Assembly (NCBI GenBank): GCA_951406725.2
Contig: OX597828.1
Location: forward strand, 46,872,001-46,936,000
DNA length: 64,000 nucleotides
Direction: 5' to 3'
Source: Octopus vulgaris
Taxonomy: Eukaryota
Made by a program: the position numbers and the translations under genes. Positions 41,586-56,054 of this stretch are shown here, piece after piece (positions within the stretch are counted from its first letter, which is position 1; every line of letters starts with the position of its first letter). The notes beneath the pieces are model-generated. The model ran no database searches and was not told where the DNA came from. It was given only the letters and a program-made list of their open reading frames with translations.

Positions 41586-41804
41586 AGCTAAACACAGAAT
41601 TCAAATCGCCATTACCATTGCTGAGATTTTTTTTGAGAACATTCTTCGTGGTAATGGTGATTTGACGTCTATGTTTAGCATATTAGGTGTCCTCTTAATT
41701 TTGAATGTAACACAATTTTTAATCTTCGGATTTTTTTAAAATGTGCCACTGGTTTTAATTGATTAATATGAATTTCTACCCTTATTATTTAATATATATA
41801 AATG

Positions 41805-41838
<34 letters not shown>

Positions 41839-42168
41839 AGGATGTATAGTCTAGTAGGTAGAATGTTGCATTCACGATTACAAGTACGTGGTTTCAATTC
41901 CTAGACCGGGCTCTGCGTCGTGTTCTTGAAGAAAACGCTTCACCTCACGTTACTGTGCACATTCACTTCGACACCTGTAAAGCACAGGCATTTGATCACT
42001 ATAAGCAAATCAGCTGTGCAGGTCGTTCGGCAAAATCTGAACGTTCACTCGTCATCTTCAACGGAACAGTCCATTATCAGTATTTATGTGTGTGTGTGTG
42101 TTAAAAAATATGAGACAACAAAGCCAAGGCTGTGTGGAATTTATTGGACATTTATAAAGAGAAAGTTT

Positions 42169-42216
42169 GTCTTACAGCTGTTTCTGAGATATTAGGGATA
42201 TCCCTTTATCAGAGAC
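42169..42216 (-). ncRNA. Minimal type I hammerhead motif (G8A variant, probably inactive)
   Basis: Minus: GUCU-CUGAUAA-A-GGGAUAU/AUAUCUC-A-GAAAC-agcu-GUA-AGAC. Confidence 0.6.
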
Positions 42217-42600
42217 GATATGAGAGAGTTAACTAGAGGGATATAGTAGAGTTCAATATAAGGAGTGATTTTGGAAAAGCATGGCTACACGAAATGTAAA
42301 GGGGAAATAAGAGAATAAAAATAAAAATAGAAACATATGTAGGATGTTATAATTGCAGAAATGCTTTTTGTCCATGCTATGTAGATTCCGATAGGAGTTC
42401 ATATTTTATTACAAGTGGATAGTGTAAAGATATAAATTCCATGAGCTGTTCATTCAAAGTGTGAATGTAATTTTGAGAACGTGGTAGAGGTAAACACGGT
42501 CCTCACGCAGCACTTACATAGCCTTAACTGCCTGCCATCTTGGGTCATCGGGATATCAATTCTTCCCATGTAGATATACATGAATATATATATATGTATA

Positions 42601-42650
<50 letters not shown>

Positions 42651-42682
42651 CATTTATATATATACAGGCGTACATTTTATAT

Positions 42683-42728
<46 letters not shown>

Positions 42729-42896
42729 CAAAATAATAAATAAAACATATGCATATATACATACATATATGTACGTACCTACATCTATATGTATATATAC
42801 ATGCATATATGGGTACAGGACACCAAAAAAACGTCGATCACAATGAGAAACGAAAACAAAACAAAACCATGGAAACGGACATTTTTTTTAAACAAC

Positions 42897-42930
<34 letters not shown>

Positions 42931-43759
42931 ATAATTAGAAAATGGAGAAAACCATAGATTAAGCAGCGCACCGATAGGACTACATTTTAAAGCATATTTA
43001 TTGTTACAATGCAAGACAACCCAAACCTAACAGCTGTTTCTGATCAAAATACCAGAATGCAGTCTATATATAAATGCGAGAATAAAATTCTTCATCTTCA
43101 TAGGAATTAAGGACAACAGATCTTTATCAGAGGGAAAAACAAGAGCATACGATATAAACAAAAGGAAGAAAGAAAAGGAAAGTAAACATGGCGAAGACAA
43201 AAATTCTTATTGATTGTTCGACATATCTTGACATATATGTGTGTGTGTGTGGGTGTGGGTGTGTGTGTGTGGGTGTGTGTGTGTACATCTGTGTGTGAGT
43301 CTGTACATCTGTGTGTGTGTGTGTCTGCCCCCACCCTCACTACAACCACGCTTGACAACAGGTGTTGGTATGTTTACATCCCTGCAACTTAGTAGTTCGG
43401 CAAAAGAGACATGTGTATGAGGTTCGATTCTTTGAAGCGAAAATCCTTCATATGTCTGCATTATGTGTTAAGGCTTCAACAAGTAAAATAGTACTTGTAT
43501 ATTATTATGAGGAAAAAACCCAGTATTCAACAGGTACTTATTTTATCGATTCCGAAAGGACGAAAGGCAAAGTCGACCTCGGGTGAATTTGACCTCAGAC
43601 TGTCGAGAGGGATGAAATGATGCTAAGCTTTATTCATGACGTGTTAACGATTTTGCCAGCTCACCGCTTTCGTCATTCTAATGAGATTAAGTAAGACTGT
43701 CCCTTAAACTTTTGTTGCTTTTTAATTTGATTTTATTGTTCGTTATGGATTTGCTATAT

Positions 43760-46700
43760 ACAACCCACAAACCACACCCAATTTCAACCACTTAATCAAC
43801 AACAACCCTCCTCATTATCCACCATACACCATAAATAGAAATCACCTACAACCGCCATTTTTGAACCAACAAGACTTAACAGGGAGCCAGCTAACAGAGA
43901 CCAAATCTAAAGACCACCCACACACCAAGAACAGAACACACCAACAACCAATACCAGGCATAACCACCCCATAACAGCGCAAAACAACACTAGCACCCCA
44001 CATACCAGTCACTACTAACCTCTGACCCAGAATTTCTGGTCCCCACCTAACACAAGACCAACACAAAATAACACTAAGTTAAGAAACATCCCACATACAA
44101 GAAATTCGAAACAAAAATATATCACATACAGAAATTTTACACACATCACTCACCAAAACACCCATAGACACCCACACACACATAACAATCTGAGGCAACA
44201 ATACCACCATTCCCCCGGACCAATCTCATACAATCTCACAGACAATTCATGCAAACAAAATGGCACCCAACATTTTTTAGCTCCAGACCAGAGACACCAG
44301 GACACAGGTTGGAACCTAGTAATCAGGAAAAACCGAAAATAATTAATCTTTCAACCAATTCCCATTCAAACATAAAAATAGACATCCTCTCAAAAGGGCT
44401 CAAATTCACGCCAACTCCACGCAGAACCAACCAAAATGAGGTCAAGAACAGTATAATAGAATTCTGTAGAAAATTAAGACTCACAGAAGCATTAACCAAT
44501 TACAATACTGAAGATGACTTACTAGTCAAAAACAAAAGTGAACACATCCCCCACAAAGGAAGTAATTAAAAATCTTGACGAATTCTGCAACCACATTGAG
44601 AACTTTCCCTCCACACTATGCATAAACAGACAGATAACTCAAACTTTAGCATTGCACAATGGAAGGAACTAATAGAACTTCAAAATGATGAAGATATAAC
44701 GATTAAGGAAGCAGATAAAGGAAGTGCAGTTGTAATAATGGACACGTTATATTATAGAAATCTAGTAATCTTCATGCTTGGTGACAGTCAGCATTATGAA
44801 AAAATCACCAACTACACCCCGCAAAAGAATAATGAAAACTCTGTCCTCACTAATTAAAACCCATGGAAAGGAACTGACAACCAAAGAGATTGACTTTCTA
44901 ACAAACTTTAAATGCAAACCTAGCCTCTTCTATGGTCTACCAAAAATACACAAAAGCCAGATTATAAATGAAACCATTAAAAAATCACCAAAAACTTACA
45001 TACATACACCAAACCCGGGAGCCTAAAACTACGACCCACTGTAGCTGGCCCAGCCTGTGAAACACACAAACTAATTCTATTTATGGACATCCTCCTGAAA
45101 CCCTTCCTTAAACACATCGATAGCCATATCAGAGATGACTTGGATATGTTAAATCACCTTCCAAAAAAAGTCAAGGAAGAAATAATCATGGCTTCATTTT
45201 TTGTAGTTAATTTATATACCAGTATACCTCATGATTAAGGACTAGAGGCAATCCAGTTCTGGCTGGATCAATTTCCGGAAGAAATACCAAAAAGGATCAG
45301 TAAAGAATTCATTCCTAAATCGGTTGAGTTCATCCTACAAAATAACCACTTCATGTTTGACAATACGTTTTACCGTCAAAAATCCGGAATTGCTATGGGT
45401 ACTAGGGCAGCACCAGTCATTGCGAACCTAACAATGGGCTACCTGGAGGTAATAATATACCAGGAATCGTTATCTACCTTTGGAAACCCCCTTTCCCAAT
45501 ACATAAAAGAAAATTGGAAAAGGTTCCTAGACGATTGTTTTATACTCTGGAATGAAAACACAGATAAACTCCAAAAATTCAAAAGCCTATTGAACAGCAT
45601 CAACCCAAACATACAGTTCACAATGGAGTACAACCAAAAGGAGCTTCCATTCTTAGATATACTAATTTTAAAAAATAAACCTAAAAATAGAAACGGACAT
45701 ATTTTACAAAACCACAGACGCCAAACAATAGCTACTTTTTGATTCATGCCACCCAAGACACATTAAACAAACATCCCCTTCAACTTTGCAAGAAGGATAT
45801 GCACAATAGTGTCTGAACAAAATACCAGAAACTTTAGACTACAAGAACTCAAAAACACCCTCATTGACAGACACTACCCAGTTCAACACATAGATGGAAT
45901 CAGACGTGCAACACAAATCGACATAGAAACCTTAAGAAAAGTTCAACACAGCAACACACCTTCCCCGAAAAAACTGCCGTACATATCCACATACAACCCC
46001 AGAAACAAAGAAGCCTTCACCATCATCACCCAGAATTTACTAATACTACGTAAGGAGCCCAAATTAAAGGAAATTTTATACATACATAAAAGCATTCAAA
46101 ACTACAAACAACATAAATCACTAAAAACGATCCTCACAAAGGCAAAATTGTTTTCTGAAATAACGGATGCAAAAGTAAAAAAATGTGGTAGACCAAATTG
46201 CGCAACATGCCCAAAACTTCCAGAAGGATCAGAATTCCTCTTCAAAGAGAGACAAAAATTCAAGATCAGATCTAATTTTACTTGTGCTTCAGAAAACCTA
46301 ATTTATATCATAAGATGCTCGGGCTGCCACCAAAACTACATGGAGTCCACGGGATTATCACTCAGACGCAGATGCACTCTGCATCGACAAGATTGATAGC
46401 CTTTAGTGAACATATTGAGAAATGCGCAAAGCAACTACTACCACAATTTATAATCTTTCCATTCTATCAATGTGCTATCGGAACACCAACACAAGTTAGA
46501 TTAAACAAGGAAACATCCTTCATTGAAAAATATAAGCCCAAGCTTAACCATTTCTAACATTTTTAAATAAGAAAACTCACCTCATTGAAAAAAATATAAA
46601 GCAAAACCTAACCACATTCTATTCCTTCTAAACTAAATTATGTTTATTTAGTCATACCCAACATGCTTGATTATCCCCCTTATACCGGAAAAATCCATGA

Positions 46701-46910
46701 TTACCTTCCCCTGCCTGGAACTCCATAGCGAAGACATGACACGATGTAGGTAAAGAAATTTGAGAAATTTGAAAAGAAACCGGTTATTTCTCAAAAAACT
46801 ATGTTACTATACACAAAATTTTATAACATTTTTCTAACATAACGATTTAAATATATTCTTTAACCATATAACACAAGCCTTCTGTAGTTTTTTCACTCTT
46901 TTTTATTTTA
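43760..46910 (+). mobile_element. Near full-length Penelope-like retroelement (Neptune-like), frameshifted RT plus GIY-YIG
   Basis: LSKGLKFTPTP, KEADKGSAVVIMD, FYGLPKIHK, YRQKSGIAMGTRAAP, RFLDDCF, LPFLDI, Cys-rich linker KCGRPNCATC, and NLIYIIRCSGCHQNY endonuclease motif, spread over ORFs 44249-46557. Confidence 0.93.
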
Positions 46911-46919
46911 TATATATAT

Positions 46920-46998
<79 letters not shown>

Positions 46999-47176
46999 TA
47001 CATACATAAATATATTGTGTTATATGGTTAAAGAATATATTTAAGTCGTTATGTTAGAAAAATGTTATAAACTTTTGTGTATAGTAACATAGTTTTTTTG
47101 AGAAATAACCGTTTTCGTATTTTCTTTTCGAATTTCTCAAATTTCTTTACCTACATCGTGTCATGTCTTCGCTATG
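46724..47176. repeat. Inverted duplication of the PLE 3' UTR (46724-46876 vs 47015-47176)
   Basis: The arms are near-perfect reverse complements separated by a (TA)n spacer. Confidence 0.9.
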
Positions 47177-47238
47177 TATGTATGTATGTATGTATGTATG
47201 TATGTATGTATGTATGTATGTATGTATGTATGTATGTA

Positions 47239-47521
47239 TAAAGAATAAAAGGTTTTGAATGGTATGACAAAGCACTATAATACAAACAATGGACTATATA
47301 CCTGTTGTAATTTAGTTATCCATAGTCCGATGATATTTCGGAATAAAATTCCTTCTTCGGATATTCTTAGATTATAGCAGCGACTCCATCTAAGAATATC
47401 TGAAGAAGGAAATTTATTCCGAAATATCATCGGACTATGGATAGCTAAATTACAACAGGAATATAGTCCATTTTTTGTATTAAAGTGCATTGTTGTATTC
47501 TTCAAAACCTTTTATTCTTTA
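47239..47521. repeat. Foldback of about 280 bp with a hammerhead core in each arm
   Basis: Arms 47239-47372 and 47388-47521; CUGAAGA-A-GGAA/UUCC-GAAAU-AUC at 47400-47428. Confidence 0.85.
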
Positions 47522-47650
47522 CAACAAATACAGAATGCTTCAAGCGAACTACAATACTCTCCTATATATATATATAAATGTGACCTCGTGTGTACCATTG
47601 GCGTTTTTTTTCCCTCTGTCTTCCGTACTCTGGATCTTTCCTTCTCCTAT

Positions 47651-47684
47651 GTTTCCGACGAAGAGCTCCGCTCGAAATGTTAAA
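47651..47684 (+). ncRNA. Minimal hammerhead motif (decayed) in a PLE terminal fragment
   Basis: GUUU-CCGACGA-A-GAGC-ucc-GCUC-GAAAU-GUU-AAAC. Confidence 0.6.
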
Positions 47685-47780
47685 CCCTCCTTCTTTCCTT
47701 CTTTCCTGAGCGTCCAATAATACTATATTTGTTCCACGTCCTCGCGTTGTTGTGTTTTTTTGTGTTTTTGTTTGGATTTG

Positions 47781-47844
<64 letters not shown>

Positions 47845-48124
47845 GGGCAAATAATTCTCGAAAATTAATTTGCTAAGATATTATTAATTTTGTTATTTCC
47901 GTGTATGTATGAATGAGTGTGTATGTATGCGTGTGTATAATTGTGTGTATGTATATTTATACATTTATACATTTTCTATAAATGCGTGTGCGCGCGCGTG
48001 TATGTAGACACATAGACAAAAAAAGAACCAGCATTTCCAGACGTCTTACCTATCTTATACAAACAGCTGTAGTTACATGAGTACACAAGCTGACAGATTT
48101 ATATAGACATAGACTATACGCCAG

Positions 48125-48157
<33 letters not shown>

Positions 48158-48710
48158 TTGACACAATGCATATATACATACATACACAGGCACATATAAA
48201 CCACATGCATGCAGCCAAACACAGACATAGAGGACAGACAAGAAGACAAACTGACAGTACACATACATATATACATACATACATACATACATTCATATAT
48301 ACATACATACATACATACATACATACATACATACATAAATACATACATACATACATACATACATACATGCATACACACATGCATATATACATACAGACAG
48401 ACAGACAGACAGATAGATAAATACATATATACATACATATATACATACATACATAAATATTGATAAATACACACATACATACATATATACATACATACAT
48501 ACATACATACATACACACATGCATACATACATACAGACAGACAGACAGACAGATAGATAGATACATATATACATACATACATATATACAAACATATATAC
48601 ATACATACATACATACATACACACATGCATACATACATACATACATACATACATACATACATACAAACATATATACATACATACATACACACATGCATAC
48701 ATACATACAT

Positions 48711-48755
<45 letters not shown>

Positions 48756-49240
48756 TAAATAGATAGATACATATAAACATACATAAACATACATACATAA
48801 ATATTGATATATACACACATACATACATACATACATACATATATACACCAAGCACGCAAGATACATTGGTGGTCTGACTCGCTGGCGGGCTAGCGGGCTG
48901 GCGGTCGGATATGCGAGCGGGCCGGTGGTACAGTTATGCAAGAAATCGGGGAAATATAGACTTCTCGAGATAGAGTGACATATAATGACCAGTAAATAAA
49001 TAGACGGCTCGTCACAGACGTGTAAACAGTGTCCTGACTGCTTAGGAAGGGGTAGGACCGGTGAAAAACGTCTGCAGACGCACATATGTACACATATGTA
49101 CACTATGCAGCGGACTTGCGGTCGGAGGATCGCGGTTTCGATTCCCAGACCGGGCGTTGTGTGTGTGTAAAAGTCCACGAGGCTCCGGCATGTATCCCTG
49201 CTGTACTCTTTCACCATAAATATGGCCGCAGTCAAATGAC

Positions 49241-49275
<35 letters not shown>

Positions 49276-49356
49276 CATACATATACATATATACACATAT
49301 ATTTACATATATATACCTATATATGTATGCGTGTATATATATATACATATATATAC

Positions 49357-49426
<70 letters not shown>

Positions 49427-49564
49427 TATATAGTAACGCATATTTGCCATTTGAATATGGCTAACCCCTAAGGGTGGATGCTACTGTAGTTTGTAGCCCC
49501 AGGCAGATACCTCCTCCCGCTGGCTATAGACACACTTTCTGTGCCCTATCAGTATTTGTGAAGG

Positions 49565-49619
<55 letters not shown>

Positions 49620-49621
<2 letters not shown>

Positions 49622-50098
49622 TCCAAGTTTTTCTGCTAGTTCTTCAGCAGTTACGATGGGATTTTGTTCCACCAGGGTTTGCAGGACGTCCTCGTCGAGC
49701 TCTGCAGATCTTCCAAAGTGAGGCTCGTCTTCTAGGCTGTAGTTTCCGAAAAAAGAATTTCTGGGACCACTGTTGGTTGACATTGGTATACGCTTTTTTG
49801 TCCTCCGGTCCTCATATACTGCATTGCTATTCCACGCACTTTACGTTGCGTTGCTTCCTTCATTGGACTCATAGAACGAATTACACCGAACATGCTCCTT
49901 TGTCACTTCCATTATAGCTTTGAAAAAACAACTGTTAAAATCGAACTGCACTCTTCAAAACATGCACTAAGACTAAGCACAAGGTAAAATTACTACCTAC
50001 TTTTATAGCAAGTTGATGCAGGTCGTTTATCCCGTCCGCCTCCAACTTTTAGTTCAAGCAATTGCAAAAAACCGCATTATTTATGGGATTGCCCAATA
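49620..50098 (-). mobile_element. mariner 5' end (TIR plus N-terminal HTH region)
   Basis: Minus begins TATTGGGCAATCCCATAAATAATGCGG; translates SLEDEPHFGRSAELDEDVLQTLVEQNPIVTAEELAEKLG. Confidence 0.85.
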
Positions 50099-50614
50099 CA
50101 TATAATTTAAAGCGACCGCCTTCTTAAACTTCCGGATTCTATTTATTTTTACTAATAGCTGGATATTACATATCTACACTTCCATATGAAGTTTCGTCAA
50201 CGTCTATTCAGTTGGGTTAATGTAGGGTAATTTCTGTTTTTCCATTCTGATATACTAACACAATAAATCTTTCAGAAATGAAAAACGAAACCTGTGAAAA
50301 TTTTCTAGCTATGTTTCGAAGTTTTAGACACTGGTTGTGAATGACTAAGTTTGTGTTACAGTGTGGAATATGATAATAAATTAGTTAAGTTTTGTGTATG
50401 TAGCTGTTCAATGTCTTTGGCTTTTCTGCTTCTATTTTTTTTTTAATGAAATTTCGAAGTTATTTTGTATAAATGAGTCATTATAGGAAGAAAAATAAAC
50501 CTATTTTCTATGTATTTCTTACACCCAATTTTTATATAAATAAGTTATTTTTAATGCGAGGTCAGAGTAACACTGTTATAAACTCCAAGGCGTTAAAAGA
50601 TTTTTTAAGAAACT

Positions 50615-51026
50615 TAGGCGCAGGCGTGGTTGTGTGGTCAGAAGTATTCTTTCCAATTGCATGGTTCCGAGATCAGTCCCACTGTATGGCAACTTGGGCA
50701 AGTGTCTCCTGCTATAGCCCCGGGCTGACCAAGCCTCGTGAGTGGATTTGATAGGTGGAATCTGGAAGGAGCCGGTCGTATATGTGTGTGTGTGTGTGTG
50801 TCTTTCTTCTTGGGTTTGTCGCCCATCACTTCTTGTTAACCGGTGTTGGTGTGTTTACGTCGCCGTTGCTTAGCGTTCCGGCGGCAAAAGAGTAGATAGA
50901 ATAAGTATCCGGCATAAAAGAAAAAATAAGTACTGGAGTTGATTCATTAGACTAAATATTATTAACGGTGGTGCCCCAGCATGGCCGCAGTCTAATGACT
51001 GAAGCAAGTAAAAGTTAAAAGATAAA
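50615..51026 (+). mobile_element. SINE family A, older diverged copy
   Basis: Family A homology throughout. Confidence 0.8.
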
Positions 51027-52515
51027 ATGTCGTGTTTTATCGGTTTTTTGGCCGATGGGGGACAGGGCTATTAAGTTATTTAGGAAGATACATTCTCACA
51101 TAATGGCAACGAGAATGTATTCTCTTCCTTTAGTCATTGTATATTTTTTTTATTGTTTTAAAATCTAAACATTTTGCAATGATTTTGAGCTGCACAAAAA
51201 GTTGGGATTCTGCATCAGGTAAATGCCACTATATGGCATAGTTTAAAAGCTTATTTTATTCAAAACAAGAATCAAGATGTGTTACTAAATGTTCCAAATG
51301 TATATTCATGCTGACGCTTTAATTAATTTTCGATTTAATTATTCTTAAATAAATTTGTTGTCATCACGTGCAATCTATTCCTTGTGAACAGTGTTATATA
51401 TACCAATGAATGCGAATATATTTGTGTTTGGACAGTTACCGTTGACTGGGAGTACATTTTATAAAAAGCAGTTGCAATTTGGATGCTAATATTGTCTTTG
51501 ATCAGCTAATTTGAGGTTGGTAGCATGGGCAAAATTTGGATGGGAAAATTTTTAAATATAGTGCTCTGGAGATAGAGGAATGTTTTTCTGATATCATTCC
51601 TAATATTGACTGCATGTGGTGGGTTAAACCACACGATTTTTTTCTTACACTTCCTCTTACTCGGCTCTGGACATTTGTGGTATTTACTGCTCTCAGTTAA
51701 ACCACTATATACTAATATGCTATATTAACTTCTCTATTAAATGATGATTTGCCAGAGGATACTTTCAAGGAAATCCCACCTAAATATGTAGATATACTTC
51801 TAAGAACACAAGTTGTGTACATAGATACATATAAACATAGTTATATATGTATACATACATGCACATACATATATATTATTAAACCATTTTAGTTTAATGT
51901 ATAGTTGAAAATTTTAGCCGTTGAGATTACATATTGCATGACTATTTCGAGATAACTAATTAGTATGATTTTAAACTTAACATCACTGAAGTGTCATTAT
52001 ATTTGTTTTCTTATGAGTTTCTCACTGGCTTCCATTTGATAAGCCGTCATCTCTATAAATGTCCCCATTATTCAAATGCGAATTAGATGTAAGATATGCC
52101 GACCAATTAGATTCCAAATATTTTCTGAAGCCTTCGCTTTCGTGTATACGTTGAAATGAAAATCGATTTTTCGGTTTCCATTACTAATTGTACGTCAGGA
52201 TTGTTACAAAGGAATAGCATGGAAAAATTTAGTTCTTTTATAAGTAGCGTCTTGAGAATGAAGCATAGAAATCAGTTATTTCGAAATTATTTGAAAGTGT
52301 ACACACATGCAAAAACCATCACAGAAAAATCTGTTGCTCCCGCTGGTCGGACAGTTTTGATCAAGACTCTCGATCAGAACTGTCAGACAAACGGGAACGT
52401 GAAACTCTGAGTAATAGTATTTTTGTGATTTTTTGCAGCTTTAATAAAAGCATATTATACTACCTTCAGTATTTAAGTACTATGTTTTCCACTTTGTTTT
52501 GCATCTATACTCGTG

Positions 52516-52585
<70 letters not shown>

Positions 52586-52919
52586 CATATACATATATAT
52601 ATACACATACATATACATATATATATTGATATATATCTAAAGCGTAACTGAGTTCATCTCTGTTACTCCCTCTGTTTTAGCTCGATCAGGATTTTTCTTA
52701 AAGCCACACTTGATGCAATGGGCCTTGCCCTCGATTAAGATGTCGGATTTCAAGTTCTAATTAATTTGAGTACTTCTAAACATTTTCTATATTGAACTCA
52801 TTTAGCTCTCACCTACTGCCCGAATATATATATATAATTCCCAAATGTAACTACATGTGGATTATTGGCGATTTTTTTTCATCCGTCTTCCTTTTCTCTT
52901 GGACTTTCCTCTGTCTCCT

Positions 52920-52954
52920 GTTTCTGAAGAAAAGCTTTGCTCAAAACGTAAAAT
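52920..52954 (+). ncRNA. Minimal hammerhead motif (G12A, inactive) in a PLE terminal fragment
   Basis: GUUU-CUGAAGA-A-AAGC-uuu-GCUC-AAAAC-GUA-AAAU; context homologous to 47600-47790. Confidence 0.55.
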
Positions 52955-53054
52955 ACTCTTTCTTTCTTTCCCTGGGCGTCTTACTAATACTTTGCATGTA
53001 CCACATCCTCACGCTGTTGTTTTTCTTGTTGTCCTTCTCTTCCGTTTTTTATTA

Positions 53055-53121
<67 letters not shown>

Positions 53122-53392
53122 GCATACATATATATATAGAGAAAGCCGACGATCGTGTCGACATATCCATATCATTCAAATTAATACGACCAAAAATACA
53201 TGTTAACACAATGTTTTCAAGGCGATCCAAAATTAGTTAAATTCAAAGTGAACTAAGAAAATATCTCCATTACAGGAACGCATACAGGAAGAAGTTTAAA
53301 AAGAAATATAATCTAAGAAAAGTCATTTGGTATTAACTTTTCGTGACGTCATTGGATGACGAAAGAATAAAAAAAATATAATAAAATATACA

Positions 53393-53803
53393 TAGGCGCA
53401 GGAGTGGCTGTGTGGTAAGTAGCTTGCTAACCAACCACATGGTTCCGGGTTCAGTCCACTGCGTGGCATCTTGGGCAAGTGTCTTCTGCTATAGCCCCGG
53501 GCCGACCAATGCCTTGTGAGTGGATTTGGTAGACGGAAACTGAAAGAAGCCTGTCGTATATATGTACATATATATATATATGTGTGTGTGTTTGTGTGTG
53601 TGTGTTTATCCCCCTAGCATTGCTTGACAACCGATGCTGGTGTGTTTACGTCCCCGTCACTTAGCGGTTCGGCAAACAAGAGACCGATAGAATAAGTACT
53701 GGGCTTACAAAGAATAAGTCCCGGGGTCGATTTGCTCGACTAAAGGCGGTGCTCCAGCATGGCCGCAGTCAAATGACTGAAACAAGTAAAAGAGTAAAGA
53801 GTA
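53393..53803 (+). mobile_element. SINE family A, full length
   Basis: Matches 11183-11599 closely. Confidence 0.9.
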
Positions 53804-53915
53804 TATGAAGTCTACGTTACAACAATTAGAAACATAGGCTGCCTACCTCACGAGAATTAGTTATCTAACTATTAAATATACAAAACAGTTTTAGAAAAAT
53901 TATGCTTATTATATA

Positions 53916-54149
53916 ATTCTTTTATTCTTTTATTTGTTTCCGACATTTGACTGCGGCCATGCTGGAGTACCGTCTTTCAGGCGAACAAATCGACCCCTGG
54001 AAATATTCTTTATAAGCCTTGCACTTATTCTATCGGTCCTCTTTTGTCGAACCGCTAACTCGACGTAGTCACACCAACATCGGTTGTCAAGCGATGGGTG
54101 GGGAACTAACACAGACACACAAAGATTCACACACACACATACACATGCG

Positions 54150-54189
<40 letters not shown>

Positions 54190-54350
54190 CAATAGGCTTC
54201 TTTCAGGCTTCTTCCAAATCCCCTCACAAGGCTTTGGTCGGCCCGTGGCTATACCAGAAGACACTTGCCCAAGGTGCCATGCAGTGGATCTGAACCCGGA
54301 ACCATTTAGTTGGTAAGCAAGCTACTTACCACACAGCCACGCCTGCACCT
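53916..54350 (-). mobile_element. SINE family A, diverged
   Basis: Reverse-complement family A sequence. Confidence 0.82.
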
Positions 54351-54664
54351 ATAATATATGGAAAGCAATTGTAATTAAGAATTGAAATATTTAAATGCCT
54401 CCCGAAAATGGTGGGAATATCTTACTTTTATCTTTTATCTTTTAATTGTTTCAGTCATCAGACTGCGGCCATACTGGGGCACCGCCTTGAAAATTTCACC
54501 TGAACGAATTGACCCTAGTACTTATATTTTTATAAACCTGATGCTTAATCTATCAAGTTCTTTCTACTGAAGGCTAAGTAAGCACACCAGCATTGGCTGT
54601 CAAGTGGTGGTGAGGGACAAACGCAGATACAAGTACACACACACATGCACATACACATATGCAT

Positions 54665-54855
<191 letters not shown>

Positions 54856-54917
54856 GTATATATATATATATGATTTTTCCCTGTAAGTTTGGATTTATTC
54901 CCTAATATTTATTATAT

Positions 54918-54948
<31 letters not shown>

Positions 54949-55260
54949 ACATGCATGCATACATGCATGCATACATACATACATATACACATAAGCAACC
55001 CCCAGTTAAACATCCATTGATGCCGAATCGCCCGAAGAAATGAATGCATGAACAGGATCTATCCAATGCCCATGGATGCCACGGACTGTACTATAATCAT
55101 ACTGGACTGTGACCATAAGAAACATGTGACTTGTAGAAACATACGTAGCGATGCATTAAAATAATTTTAAAATTCCCTCCATGCATTTTTATTGTTATTA
55201 TTATACACATGTACATATATATAAATGAAAGAATGGAGTCGAACGACGATTTAACAAAAT

Positions 55261-55357
55261 TCCTTTATTCTCGACACATGTTTCGAAGACTGCATATTCT
55301 TAATTCCGAAGGAATAAAGGGTGCATTATGCCGTCTTCTCATCAGGAAAGACAAGGA
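55261..55357 (-). ncRNA. Type I hammerhead ribozyme with intact catalytic core
   Basis: Minus: UCCUUGUCUUUC-CUGAUGA-GAAGAC...GUCUUC-GAAAC-augu-GUC^GAGAAUAAAGGA. Perfect 6-bp stem II base, canonical GUC triplet, stem I pairing. Confidence 0.8.
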
Positions 55358-55433
55358 ACTTATGTCAGCATCATGACGAACAAAATCTTTTAGATGACTG
55401 CCCACACGGAGTCCGTAGTAATAATGTCCATGT

Positions 55434-55469
<36 letters not shown>

Positions 55470-55761
55470 TCACACCTTCACACCTTCACACCTTCACATC
55501 TTCACATCTTCACACCTACACATACATACACACACACGTCCAGACCACCAGCCCTCTTTCACACGCGCATACATACTCTCTTATACACATATGCACCTTT
55601 GTGTTGGGGGCTCCTTCGTGTTGGAGGTCATCTTGACCTTGTTATCTCCCCTACTTTCCCCTTCCCATCTGACCATTCTGTCCGAGTCAGACGCCATGAT
55701 AGATCGTTAGCCACTACACACCTTTTTTTCTCTCCTTGTTTCTCTCCTTGTTTTTTTCCGT

Positions 55762-55803
55762 GTCCATTTCTGTAGAAGAGCATAGGCTCGAAACGTAAAA
55801 GAC
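55762..55803 (+). ncRNA. Minimal hammerhead motif (A6U variant)
   Basis: GUCcaUUU-CUGUAGA-A-GAGC-auag-GCUC-GAAAC-GUA^AAAGAC. Confidence 0.6.
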
Positions 55804-55887
55804 TTTTTCTATTCCTGAGCGCTATACTAATACATCTGTTTGTTTTGTACACCACCTGTCTTCGTCTTTTCTTTATTTTCGTAAACT

Positions 55888-55964
<77 letters not shown>

Positions 55965-56054
55965 AAACATAGTAAATAAGGTAATAAAAATAAATTATTA
56001 TTACCAGTGACCTAGCACAAAAGACAAATTAGTCATTAGACTATACGTTATTCA

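Noticed and set aside
50100-52450. Repeat-poor AT-rich stretch that might hold exons
   Set aside because: No recognisable protein motif or convincing splice-bounded frame could be established by eye.
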